A stretch of 64,000 bases of DNA from Dendrobates tinctorius (Eukaryota): NCBI RefSeq assembly GCF_039654945.1, contig NW_027361819.1:6324001-6388000 (forward strand). The letters are read 5' to 3'. The notes beneath the pieces were generated by a model, which was not told the DNA's origin, ran no database searches, and was given only the letters and a program-made list of their open reading frames with translations. This document shows, in pieces, positions 12,659 to 29,100 of this stretch. Position 1 is the first letter of the stretch. Every line of letters starts with the position of its first letter. The position numbers were made by a program, and so were the translations under genes.

Positions 12659-12741
12659 CTGGAAGACAAAACTACGAGTATTAGAAGAGTGTGGTCCGAT
12701 GGCCGAAGTCTCACGCTTTACTCCGTGCGGCGCTCCATCAC

Positions 12742-12869
12742 CTTTCACGATTCTCTGGAGTCATCTCGAAGGATTGGTTCAAAAATTCCTCCAGGTCAAA
12801 GCCCACACCATACCCGGCGCCACTGCCTTTAGGGGTAACAGAGAAAACAGGGGGCAACATGTCTTCCAC
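12742..12869 (-). CDS. mapk7: mapk7 coding exon 5
   Basis: TTGCAG| acceptor, AG|GTGATG donor, 128 nt; VEDMLPPVFSVTPKGSGAGYGVGFDLEEFLNQSF is a conserved ERK5 motif. Confidence 0.93.
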
Positions 12870-12959
12870 CTGCAAAATAAACAAGTGAGTAATCAGGTAT
12901 AAAGGGTTTAATGAATGAGGGAAGGACAGCACAATGGGGGACGGCAGCGCCGGTCTGAC

Positions 12960-13888
12960 CTGCGACCTCGAAAGCTGCTGCGTCACCAGGTTGATATCTG
13001 TAGACATCGTGTTGTTGTCCGTCATGGCGAAGGTGGCTGCTGACAAATCCTGGGGCTTCACCGCTGCCGCCACTCGTCCGGGGTATGACATCCCTGTAAC
13101 CTGCTGCGGGGGACGCTCAAGGTCGGCGGGACTGCGCAGGAACATTGCAGGATCCAAGGTGACAGCGCTGCTCTTCTCGTCTCCAGTGTCGGGTGCAGAC
13201 CAGAGGCCGTCCTGATGTCCTGCTCTGTGCCATGTAGGGGCGAGTCGGACAGGAGCAGGGAAAGCAGCGGGTAAGACGGGTCCTCCAGCCGCAAACTTGA
13301 CATCAGGAGGGAGCTGGGAGGGGACGGGAGGGGTCACCGGCTTCACATGAGGCGTCAACACCACCGGGGCCATCTGGAAGGTGGCAGAGGCCGGGGGCAC
13401 GTAGTGCAGAAGGTTGGGTACAGGGCAGGGGTTTAGGCAGCGGGGCACGAACTGGATGTTAGGTGCCACAGACGGGGCAGGGAGGGTGCCCCTCTGCTGG
13501 GTACTGACTTCAGGAACAGGATTAAGGTTCGTGATAGAAAAGACCGACTGCGGTGGTAGAGGCTGCGCGGCCGGGCAGACGTCAGGGCCCATCACTGCGG
13601 GTTTAGGCGCCGGAGTGTTTTGCCCGGAAGGAGGCAGAACTTGCTGCAGGTTCTGATCGATCATTCGATTCCAACGTTCCAGAAGGTTCTTATCGTTTTC
13701 ACTCAGCACAAGCCCCCCGAACCCCTCCACTTTCTTTATATCACGACGTTCCTTCTCTTTCTGCTTCTTTTCCTTCTCTCGAGCACGTTCCAGACGTCTT
13801 CTCCTTTTCTCTTCCCGCTCCCGCTGACGTTCCTGAGCCGTTATCGGCTTCTTCAAATCTGATGTCTCATTAACTAAACACGGAACAT
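12960..13888 (-). CDS. mapk7: mapk7 coding exon 4 (NLS and proline-rich region)
   Basis: CTGCAG| acceptor, CAG|GTCAGA donor, 929 nt; TAQERQREREEKRRRR...LSENDKNLLERW...DINLVTQQLSRSQ. Confidence 0.92.
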
Positions 13889-13942
13889 CTGCAGAAGAAA
13901 GAGGATATCATTACACAGCGGTACAGAGCGGCAACGCAACTA

Positions 13943-16962
<3,020 letters not shown>

Positions 16963-16996
16963 TCAGCACAACTGTGGCAGCAGGTTGGAAACCGCT

Positions 16997-19557
16997 TCTG
17001 ACATCCTCTGTGCTGCTGAGGACCCTGCTCCTTCCTCTATGTATCTGTGACCCCCTATGTGATCAGCCCCCTCCTCTGCTGACATCCTCTGTGCTGCTGA
17101 GGACCCTGCACCTTCCTCTATGTATCTGTGACCCACCTATGTGATCAGCGCCCTCCTCTGCTGACATCCTCTGTGCTGCTGAGAACCCTGCTCCTTCCGC
17201 TATGTATCTGTGACCCCCCTATGTGATCAGCGCCCTCCTCTGCTGACATCCTCTGTGCTGCTGAGAACCATGCTCCTTCCTCTATGTATCTGTGACCTCC
17301 CTATGTGATCAGCTCCCTCCTCTGCTGACATCCTCTGTGCTGCTGAGGACCCTGCACCTTCCTCTATGTATCTGTGACCCCCCTATGTGATCAGTGCCCT
17401 CCTCTGCTGACATCCTCTGTGCTGCTGAGGACCCTGCTCCTTCCTCTATGTATCTGTGACCCCCCTATGTGATCAGCGCCCTCCTCTGCTGACATCCTCT
17501 GTGCTGCTGAGGACCCTGCTCCTTCCTCTATGTATCTGTGACCCCCCCTATGTGATCAGCCTCCTCCTCTGCTGACATCCTCTGTGCTGCTGAGGACCCT
17601 GCTCCTTCCTCTATGTATCTGTGACCCCCCCTATGTGATCAGCGCCCTCCTCTGCTGACATCCTCTGTGCTGCTGAGGACTCTGCACCTTCCTCTATGTA
17701 TCTGTGACCCCCCCTATGTGATCAGCGCCCTCCTCTGCTGACATCCTCTGTGCTGCTGAGGACTCTGCACCTTCCTCTAAGTATCTGTGACCCCCCTATG
17801 TGATCAGCACCCTCCTCTGCTGACATCCTCTGTGCTGCTGAGGACCCTGCACCTTCCTCTATGTATCTGTGACCCCCCTATGTGATCAGCGCCCTCCTCT
17901 GCTGACATCCTCTGTGCTGCTGAGGACCCTGCTCCTTCCTCTATGTATCTGTGACCCCCCTATGTGATCAGCGCCCTCCTCTGCTGACATCCTCTGTGCT
18001 GCTGAGGACTCTGCATCTTCCTCTATGTATCTGTGACCCCCCTATGTGATCAGCCCCCTCCTCTGCTGACATCCTCTGTGCTGCTGAGGACCCTGCTCCT
18101 TCCTCTATGTATCTGTGACCTCCCTATGTGATCAGCGCCCTCCTCTGCTGACATCCTCTGTGCTGCTGAGGACCCTGCTCCTTCCTCTATGTATCTGTGA
18201 CCTCCCTATGTGATCAGCGCCCTCCTCTGCTGACATCCTCTGTGCTGCTGAGGACCCTGCTCCTTTCTCTATGTATCTGTGACCCCCCTATGTGATCAGC
18301 GCCCTCCTCTGCTGACATCCTCTGTGCTGCTGAGGACCCTGCACCTTCCTCTATGTATCTGTGACCCCCCTATGTGATCAGTGCCCTCCTCTGCTGACAT
18401 CCTCTGTGCTGCTGAGGACCCTGCACCTTCCTCTATGTATCTGTGATCCCCTATGTGATCAGCGCCCTCCTCTGCTGACATCCTCTGTGCTGCTGAGGAC
18501 CCTGCTCCTTCCTCTATGTATCTGTGACCTCCCTATGTGATCAGCGCCCTCCTCTGCTGACATCCTCTGTGCTGCTGAGGACCCTGCACCTTTCTCTATG
18601 TATCTGTGACCCCCTATGTGATCAGCGCCCTCCTCTGCTGACATCCTCTGTGCTGCTGAGGACCCTGCACCTTCCTCTATGTATCTGTGACCCCCCTATG
18701 TGATCAGCGCCCTCCTCTGCTGACATCCTCTGTGCTGCTGAGGACCCTGCACCTTCCTCTATGTATCTGTGACCCCCCTATGTGATCAGCGCCCTCCTCT
18801 GCTGACATCCTCTGTGCTGCTGAGGACCCTGCTCCTTCCTCTATGTATCTGTGACCCCCCTATGTGATCAGCGCCCTCCTCTGCTGACATCCTCTGTGCT
18901 GCTGAGGACTCTGCACCTTCCTCTATGTATCTGTGACCTCCCTATGTGATCAGCGCCCTCCTCTGCTGACATCCTCTGTGCTGCTGAGGACCCTGCTCCT
19001 TCCTCTATGTATCTGTGACCCCCCTATGTGATCAGCGCCCTCCTCTGCTGACATCCTCTGTGCTGCTGAGGACCCTGCTCCTTTCTCTATGTATCTGTGA
19101 CCCCCCTATGTGATCAGCGCCCTCCTCTGCTGACATCCTCTGTGCTGCTGAGGACCCTGCACCTTCCTCTATGTATCTGTGATCCCCTATGTGATCAGCG
19201 TCCTCCTCTGCTGACATCCTCTGTGCTGCTGAAGACCCCGCTCCTTCCTCTATGTATCTGTGACCCCCCTATGTGATCAGCCCCCTCCTCTGCTGACATC
19301 CTCTGTGCTGCTGAGGACCCTTCTCCTTCCTCTATGTATCTGTGACCCCCCCTATGTGATCAGCCCCCTCCTGTGCTGATATCCTCTGTGCTGCTGAGGA
19401 CCCTGCTCCTTCCTCTATGTATCTGTGACCCCCTATGTGATCAGTGCCCTCCTCTGCTGACATCCTCTGTGCTGCTGAGGACCCTGCTCCTTCCTCTATG
19501 TATCTGTGACCCCCTATGTGATCAGCGCCCTCCTCTGCTGACATCCTCTGTGCTGCT
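16997..19557. repeat. About 82-bp minisatellite, about 31 copies, filling a mapk7 intron
   Basis: Unit CTGACATCCTCTGTGCTGCTGAGGACCCTGCTCCTTCCTCTATGTATCTGTGACCCCCCTATGTGATCAGCGCCCTCCTCTG; starts about 3 nt from the donor. Confidence 0.97.
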
Positions 19558-19559
19558 CA

Positions 19560-19748
<189 letters not shown>

Positions 19749-19853
19749 TCAGTGAGGGAGAAGGGGCTACAACCAGAAAATGCCTCATCCTGAGCAGACA
19801 TTTCTCACAGCTGAGGGGTCGGTACAATTTATCAGTGCAGGATAGCGCTATTA

Positions 19854-20210
<357 letters not shown>

Positions 20211-20239
20211 TCAAAATATCATAAACAGCGCACCACACA

Positions 20240-21100
20240 CAAGAGGGGGCCGCGCAACAGGGCACTCGCGCACACGAGGGGGCCGCGCAACAGGGGACGC
20301 GCGCACACGAGGGGGCCGCGCAACAGGGGACGCGCGCACACGAGGGGGCCGCGCAACAGGGGACGCGCGCACACGAGGGGGCCGCGCAACAGGGCACTCG
20401 CGCACACGAGGGGGCCGCGCAACAGGGGACGCGCGCACACGAGGGGGACGCGCAACAGGGGACGCGCGCACACGAGGGGGCAGCGCAACAGGGGACGCGC
20501 GCACACGAGGGGGCCGCGCAACAGGGGACGCGCGCACACGAGGGGGCCGCGCAACAGGGGACGCACGCACACGAGGGGGCCGCGCAACAGGGGACACACG
20601 CACACGAGGGGGCCACACGCACACGAGGGGGCCACACGCACACGAGGGGGCCGCGCAACAGGGGACACACGCACACGAGGGGGCCGCGCAACAGGGGACG
20701 CGCGCACACGAGGGGGTCGCGCAACAGGGGACACACGCACACGAGGGGGCCGCGCAACAGGGGACACACGCACACGAGGGGGCCGCGCAACAGGGGACAC
20801 ACGCACACGAGGGGGCCGCGCAACAGGGGACACGCACACGAGGGGGCCACACGCACACGAGGGGGCCGCGCAACAGGGGACGCGCGCACACGAGGGGGCC
20901 GCGCAACAGGGGACGCGCGCACACGAGGGGGCCGCGCAACAGGGGACGCGCGCACACGAGGGGGACGCGCAACAGGGGACACACGCACACGAGGGGGCCG
21001 CGCAACAGGGGACACACGCACACGAGGGGGCCGCGCAACAGGGGCCACACGCACACGAGGGGGCCGCGCAACAGGGGACACACGCACACGAGGGGCCACA
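20240..21100. repeat. 33-bp CpG-rich minisatellite in the mapk7 5' intron
   Basis: Unit CACGAGGGGGCCGCGCAACAGGGGACGCGCGCA. Confidence 0.95.
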
Positions 21101-21276
21101 CACAAAGGATTACACACACAAGGGGGCCGCGCACCGCCACATGCGAGGGGTCGCACCGCCACACACAAGGGTGCCGCACAACAGGGAGACCGTGCACCGC
21201 CACACACGAGAAGACACACACAGGGTCCACACATGAGGGGGGGCACACCCCAACACCAGCCCCCCACACTCCGTAC

Positions 21277-21625
21277 CTGGGGTCAGCTCATGTGACAGCA
21301 CCCGGCCCCGCCCAGTTGACCAGGCCCGTGACCCTGCCCCACAGTCGCTCCCGCCTGACACGAGGGGCAGCAGAGCGCGGCGGCTCCTCTGAGGTAAAAG
21401 TATCCCGAGTGCCGAGCTGCGGACACTCAGGTCCCCGGATGTAGAGCAGAAGCCTGAGGGCGTGGCTAGAGAAGTCTGCGTCTAGGGAGCGCTCCGGCTC
21501 CACCAATCCGTGACCACGGGGCGGGGCCACTGCTGACTCTCAGCTCCAAAGCCAATGGGCGAGCGAATATGCGCTTCTGAGGGGCGTGTCCTGCTGCCTA
21601 GCAACCATTTGGCCGCCAATGTGAC
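21277..21625 (-). promoter_or_regulatory. Probable mapk7 non-coding first exon and promoter
   Basis: Donor CAG|GTACGG at 21277/21276; CCAAT at 21503, 21552 and 21616; GC box 21518-21527; X-box-like GCTGCCTAGCAAC 21593-21605. Confidence 0.6.
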
Positions 21626-21669
21626 CATGTGACTGTACTGAAACTACTAGAGTGGGTGCAATGAGCGGC

Positions 21670-24600
21670 ATGAGGAGAACCGGGGACAGGGAGAGGAGAA
21701 CCGGGGACAGGGAGAGGAGAACCGGGGACAAGGGGAGGAGAACCGGGGACAGGGAGAGGAGAACCGGGGACAAGGGGAGGAGAACCGGGGACAGGAGAGC
21801 AGGGGACAGGGGGAGAAGAACCAGGGACAGGGGGAGGAGAACCGGGGACAAGGGAAGGAGAACCGGGGACAGGGAGAGGAGAACCGGGGACAAGGGGAGG
21901 AGAACCGGGGACAGGGAGAGGAGAACTGGGGACAAGGGGAGGAGAACCGGGGACAGGGGGAGGAGAACCGGGGACAGGGGGAGGAGAACCGGGGACAGGA
22001 GAGCAGGGGGGAGGAGAACCGGGGACAGGGGGAGGAGAACCGGGGACAGGGGGAGGAGAACCGGGGACGGGACAGGGGGAGGAGAACCGGGGACAGGAGA
22101 GCAGAGGAAAGAGGAGGAGAACCGGGGACAGGGGAGGAGAACCGGGGACAGGAGAGGAGAACCGGGGACGGGGAAGATAACCGGAGACAGGAGGAGGAGA
22201 GGATGAGGAGAACCAGGGACAGGAGGAGGAGAGGATGAGGAGAACCGGGGACAGGGGGAGGAGAACCGGGGACAGGGGGAGGAGAACCGGGGACATGAGA
22301 GCAGAGGAAAGAGGAGGAGAACCGGGAACAGGGGGAGGATAACCGGGGACAGCAGAGGTGAACCAGGGACAGGAGAGGAGACCCGGGGACGGGGAAGATA
22401 ACCGGAGACAGGAGGAGGTGAGGATGAGGAAAACCGGGGACAGGAGGAGGAGAGGATGAGGAGAACCGGGGACAGGAGGAGGAGAGGATGAGGAGAACCG
22501 GGGACAGGAGGAGGAGAGCATGAGGAAAACCGGGGACAGGAGGAGGAGAGGATGAGGAAAACCGGGGACAGGAGGAGGAGAGGATGAGGAGAACCGGGGA
22601 CAGGAGGAGGAGAGGATGAGGAGAACCGGGGACAGGAGGAGGAGAGGATGAGGAGAACCGGGGACAGGAGGAAGAGAGGATGAGGAGAACCGGGGACAGG
22701 AGGAGGAGAGGATGAGGAAAACCGGGGACAGGAGGAGGAGAGGATGAGGAGAACCGGGGACAGGAGGAGGAGAGGATGAGGAGAATCGGGGACAGGAGAG
22801 GATGAGGAGAACCGGGGACAGGAGGAAGAGAGGATGAGGAGAACCGGGGACAGGAGGAAGAGAGGATGAGGAGAATCTGGGACAGGAGGAGGAGAGGATG
22901 AGGAGAATCTGGGACAGGAGGAGGAGAGGATGAGGAGAAGCGGGGACAGGAGGAGGAGAGGATGAGGAGAACCGGGGACAGGAGGAGGAGAGGATGAGGA
23001 GAATCGGGGACAGGAGGAGGAGAGGATGAGGAGAACCGGGGACAGGAGGAAGAGAGGATGAGGAGAACCGGGGACAGGAGGAAGAGAGGATGAGGAGAAC
23101 CGGGGACAGGAGGAAGAGAGGATGAGGAGAACCGGGGACAGGAAGAGGAGAGCATGAGGAGAACCGGGGACAGGAGGAGGAGAGGATGAGGAGAACCGGG
23201 GACAGGAGGAGGAGAGGATGAGGAGAATCGGGGACAGGAGGAGGAGAGGATGAGGAGAACCGGGGACAGGAGGAAGAGAGGATGAGGAGAACCGGGGACA
23301 GGAGGAAGAGAGGATGAGGAGAATCTGGGACAGGAGGAGGAGAGGATGAGGAGAATCTGGGACAGGAGGAGGAGAGGATGAGGAGAAGCGGGGACAGGAG
23401 GAGGAGAGGATGAGGAGAACCGGGGACAGGAGGAGGAGAGGATGAGGAGAATCGGGGACAGGAGGAGGAGAGGATGAGGAGAACCGGGGACAGGAGGAAG
23501 AGAGGATGAGGAGAACCGGGGACAGGAGGAAGAGAGGATGAGGAGAACCGGGGACAGGAGGAAGAGAGGATGAGGAGAACCGGGGACAGGAAGAGGAGAG
23601 GATGAGGAGAACCGGGGACAGGAAGAGGAGAGCATGAGGAGAACCGGGGACAGGAGGAGGAGAGCATGAGGAGAACCGGGGACAGGAGGAGGAGAGGATG
23701 AGGAGAACCGGGGACAGGAGGAGCAGAGGATGAGGAGAATCGGGGACAGGAGGAGGAGAGGATGAGGAGAACCGGGGACAGGAGGAGGAGAGTATGAGGA
23801 GAACCGGGGACAGGAGGAGGCGAGTATGAGGAGAACCGGGGACAGGAGGAGGCGAGTATGAGGAGAACCGGGGACAGGAGGAGGAGAGGATGAGGAGAAC
23901 CGGGGACAGGAGGAGGAGAGGATGAGGAGAACCGGGGACAGGAGGAGGAGAGGATGAGGAAAACCGGGGACAGGAGGAGGAGAGAATGTGGAGAACCGGG
24001 GACAGGAGGAGGCGAGGATGAGGAGAACCGGGGACAGGAGGAGAGGATGAGGAGAACCAGGGACAGGAGGAGGAGAGGATGAGGAGAACCGGGGACAGGA
24101 GGAGAGGATGAGGAGAACCGGGGACAGGAGGAGAGGATGAGGAGAACCAGCGACAGGAGAGCAGGGGAAAGAGGAGGAGAACCGGGGACAGGGGGGGGGA
24201 GAACCGGAGAAAGAGGAGGAGAACCAGGGACAGGAGGAGAACCGGGGACAGGAGAGCAGAGGAAAGAGGAGGAGAACCGGGAACAGGGGGAGGAGAACCG
24301 GGGACAGCAGAGGTGAACCAGGGACAGGGGGAGGAGAACCGGGGACAGGAGGAGAATCGGGGACAGGAGAACTGGGGAAAGAGGAGGAGAACCAGGGACA
24401 GGAGAGGAGACCCGGGGACGGGGAAGATAACCGGAGACAGGAGCAGGAGAGGATGAGGAGAACCGGAGACAGGAGGAGGAGAGGATGAGGGAAACCGGGA
24501 ACAGGAGGAAGAGAGGATGAGGAAAACCGGGAACAGGAGGAGGAGAGAATGAGGAGAACCGGGGACAGGAGGAGGAGAGGATGAGGAAAACTGGGGACAG

Positions 24601-25715
24601 GAGGAGGAGAGGATGAGGAGAACCGGGGACAGGAGGAGGAGAGGATGAGGAAAACCGGGGACAGGAGGAGGAGAGAATGAGGAGAACTGAGGACAGGAGG
24701 AGGAGAGGAAGAGGAGAACCGGGGACAGGAGGAGGAGAGGATGAGGAAAACCGGGGACAGGAGGAGGAGAGAATGAGGAGAACCGGGGACAGGAGGAGGC
24801 GAGGAGAACCGGAGCTTCCAGATCTCCGAGATGGACGAATGAGATCTGGAGCAGGACCTGGGCGCATGCCCAGTAGGAGAACAGAGGGACTTAGTCTCTG
24901 GAGCGATCTGCTGCAAAACAATCTCCTCTGCGGGAGATAGACAGCAGGAGACCGCAGAATGTGAGGCTCTGGGTTCCTGCAAAGCAGATGCAGAAACCTG
25001 ACGCCTAACACCTCTCCTCCTGTCCCCGTTTTCCTCATCCTCTCCTCCTCCTGTCCCCGGTTCTCCTCATCCTCTCCTCCTCCTGTCCCCGGTTCTCCTC
25101 ATCCTCTCCTGTCCCCGGTTCTCCTCATCCTCTCCTCCTCCTGTCCCCGATTCTCCTCATCCTCTCCTCCTCCTGTTCCCAGGAGGAGGAGAGGATGAGG
25201 AGAACCGGGGACAGGAGAGGATGAGGAGAACCGGGGACAGGAGAGGATGATGAGAACCACAGACAGGAGGAGGAGAGGATGAGAACGGGGGACAGGAGGA
25301 GGAAAACCGGGGACAGGAGAGGATGAGGAGAACCGGGGACAGGAGGAGAGGATGAGGAGAATCGGGGACAGGAGGAGGAGAGGATGAGGGGGACAGGAGG
25401 AGGAGAGGATGAGGAGAACCGGGGACAGGAGGAGAGGATGAGGAGAATTGGGGACAGGAGGAGAGGATGAGGAGAATCGGGGAGAGGATGAGGAGAACCG
25501 GGGACAGGTGGAGGATGATGAGGAGAACCGGGGAGAGGATGAGGAGACCCGGGGGCAGGAGAGGATGATGAGAAGAACGGGGGACAGGAGGAGGAGAGGA
25601 TTAGGAGACCCGGGGGCAGGAGGAGAGGATGAGGAGAACCGGGGACAGGAGGAGGATGAGGAGAACCGGGGACAGGAGGAGGAGAGGATGAGGAAAACGG
25701 GGACAGGAGGAGAGG
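21670..25715. repeat. Purine-rich minisatellite of about 21-32 bp with an internal inverted segment
   Basis: Unit GAGGAGAACCGGGGACAGGAGGAGGAGAGGAT; interrupted at 24813-25010 and in opposite orientation at about 25011-25180. Confidence 0.93.
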
Positions 25716-26100
25716 TGTTAGGCGTCAGGTTTCTGCATCTGCTTTGCAGGAACCCAGAGCCTCACATTCTGCGGTCTCCTGCTGTCTATCTCCCGCAGAG
25801 GAGATTGTTTTGCAGCAGATCGCTCCAGAGACTAAGTCCCTCTGTTCTCCTACTGGGCATGCGCCCAGGTCCTGCTCCAGATCTCATTCGTCCATCTCGG
25901 AGATCTGGAAGCTTCTGGAAGGTCCCGGCTATAAAAAGCGCACATGACCGTTCAGCCATGCGCTAGTATAGTCTCTAGTTGCTACTGTGTGAGTGATGAT
26001 GGATGTATGAACCTGCTAATGACTCATTAAGATCCCCTCCCTCTGATATTACGAATGTGTACAGGGACTTAGATTAGAGCCAGCGCGTGGCAAGCCTCAA
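25716..26100 (+). mobile_element. Possible older LTR-like fragment hosting the Gypsy insertion (may resume at 31832-31953)
   Basis: Begins TGTTAGG abruptly after satellite; TATAAAA near 25930; no confirming TSD found. Confidence 0.35.
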
Positions 26101-29100
26101 TGTTATGATGAGTCACCGAAGGAGGAAAAAGCAAAATACCAGCTAAGTCCAGAAAAACCAGAGAGGTTGGCAGCTATTGGATTGCAGACCCCTGGACCTA
26201 TCCACAACAACTAGCAGTAGGCGTGGGGGGTTCCTACGGTGCCCTAGACCCCTCGATCACAGCCGGAGAATTACATAGCCTAAAGACAGAAAGGGGAAAA
26301 ACTAAACTGCCCCAGAGCAGACCCCAAAGCAATAGGCAGCCCCCAACATATAATGACGGTGAAGCAAGATGAAAACACTAACACAGATAGAAAGATAGGT
26401 TGAGCAAATGATGGGGCCCAAGCTAACTACATAGGACAGGATAGGAAAGCTGCTGTCTGCCATCCGCAAAAACCCTATCAAAATGAGCCAACCGACTGAT
26501 AGGAAAAACAGGCCCTGAAGTCGCTAGGCTTCAAAAGACTATATCAGCACTCAGGTATATTCTGAAGACAGAGCAAAAGATCAACAGATCAGAGACAAAA
26601 ATGGAATTCAGCTCACCCCTGGCCGGGGATGGCAGAACTCCCAAAAAACAAGGCAAAACAAAAACAAAACTGAAGAGTACAAAGCAGAGCAGAAAAACTT
26701 AGCTTTGAGATGCAGGAATCAGACTGGTCTCCAAGAATCCAGCAGGAAAATCACCAGCCAGGAAGAAGGGCGTCGGCAGCCTTATATCCAGTCCTCAATT
26801 CCAGCCACCCAGTCATCATCTAGCTGCCCAGGTGTTTGATAATCAGCCTCACTACCTTCCTTCACCAGAGGAGGGAGTTCATCAGACCTCAATGGTGAAG
26901 GGAAAAATGAACTCACAACAGTACCTCCCCCTTGAGGAAGGGTTCACGAACCCTCATCCATGCCACCAGGGCGATCCGGGTGAGCCCGATGAAAGGCATG
27001 CACCAATCTTTCGGCATGAATATCAGAGGCAGAGACCCAGGAATTATCCTCCTGACCATAACCCTTCCACTTAACCAAATACTGGAGTCTCCGTCTAGCC
27101 AGACGGGAATCCAGTATCTTTACCTCATATTCCATGGTACCTTCAACCAATATAGGGTCAGGAGGTGCCACCACAGGAACTACTGGTTCAACAAACCTCT
27201 TCAACAAGGACTTATGAAACATTTTGAATTTTAAATGTGACAGGAAGAGCCAACCAAAAAGAGACCGGATTAATAATCTCCAAAATCTTGTAAGGTCCAA
27301 TAAATCTAGGCTTAAACTTAGGAGAAGCCACCTTCATAGCGATATTTTTTGATGACAACCAAACCATATCACCCACCTTAAACTGGGGACCAACGGTCCT
27401 ACACCGGTTGGAAAACCGCTGGGCCTTTTCCTGGGAGAGAGACAACTTATCCACTACTTGGTCCCAGATCTGGTGCATTCTCTCCACCACAGTGTCAACA
27501 CCTGGGCAGGCAGAAGGCTCCACTTGCCCTGAAGAAAATCGAGGGTGAAAACCAAAGTTACAAAAAAAAGGTGACATCAAAGTGGCAGAACTAGCTCTAT
27601 TATTTAAAGCAAATTCGGCCAAGGGTAAAAATGAAACCCAATCATCCTGATCAGCAGAAATAAAACATCTCAAATACGACTCCAAAGTCTGGTTTGTTCT
27701 CTCCGTCTGCCCATTGGTCTGAGGGTGAAACGCAGAGGAGAAGGACAACTGAATTCCCAGCTTGGAACAGAAAGTCCTCCAAAATCTTGACACAAACTGA
27801 ACTCCTCTGTCAGATACAATGTTCTCAGGAATCCTGTGCAAGCGAACCACCTGTTGCAAAAACAAGGGCACCAACTCAGAGGAAGATGGCAACTTAGGGA
27901 GTGGTACAAGATGGACCATCTTAGAGAATCTATCACAAATCACCCAAATAACAGTCATTCTCTGAGAGACAGGCATATCAGAGATAAAATCCATTGAAAT
28001 ATTGGTCCATGGCTGCCTGGGCACCGGCAAAGGCATCAACAAGCCACTAGAGCGAGAACAAGGTTTAGACCGGGAGCAAGTCCCACAGGACTGCACAAAA
28101 TTCCTGACATCATGAGACAAGGCGGGCCACCAAAAAGACCGACTCACCAGATCTCTAGTACCAAAAATACCTGGATGACCAGCCAATGCAGAGCAATGAA
28201 CTTCAGACATCACTCTCTTCCTCCACTGGTCAGGAACATACAACTTTCCACTGGGACAATGCTCAGGTTTGTCCTCCTGAAACTCTTCCAGAGCATGTCT
28301 CAAATCGGGCGAGATGGTCGAAAGAACTACCCCCTCGCCTAAGATGGTAGCAGGCTTAGTCACAACAGGAGAATCAGCAAGGAAACTCCTAGAGAGGGCA
28401 TCTGCCTTGGCATTCTTAGTGCCCGGAAGAAAAGAGACCACAAAATCAAAACGTGTGAAAAACAAGGCCCACCTAGCCTGTCTAGGATTCAAGCGCTTGG
28501 CCGACTCCAGGTAAATGAAATTCTTGTGGTCAGTAAGGACCACGACTTGGTGTTTGCCTCCCTCCAACCAATGTCTCCACTCCTCAAATGCCCATTTCAT
28601 GGCCAACGGTTCTCCTGCACCAATCTCAGAAGCGTCCACCTCCACCTGAAATGGGAGTGAGACATCAGGTTGCCGCAAAACCGGAGCAGAAGTGAATCTT
28701 CGCTTCAGCTCCTGAAAGGAAGAAACAGCCTCCGGAGACCAATTCAGGACATCAGCACCCTTCCTAGTCAAATCCGTCAATGGCTTGGCAATACCAGAAA
28801 AATTAGCTATAAATTTCCGATAAAAATTAGCAAAACCCAAAAACTTCTGGAGGGCCTTCAAAGAAGTGGGCTGAACCCAATCATAAATGGCCTGTACCTT
28901 GGCTGGGTCCATTTCAATAGTTGACGGTGACAAAATAAATCCCAAAAATGAAATCCTCTGTACCCCAAAAAGGCATTTCGATCCCTTGACATACAGGGAA
29001 TTCTCCCTCAAAATCCGGAACACAGTCCGAACATGTTCCACATGAGAGTCCCAATTCTTGGAGAAGATCAAAATATCATCCAGATAGATAATCAAAAATG

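Noticed and set aside
21540-25038. Ser/Pro/Leu-rich ORFs over 1100 aa
   Set aside because: Pyrimidine strand of a purine-rich satellite, which lacks stops by composition.
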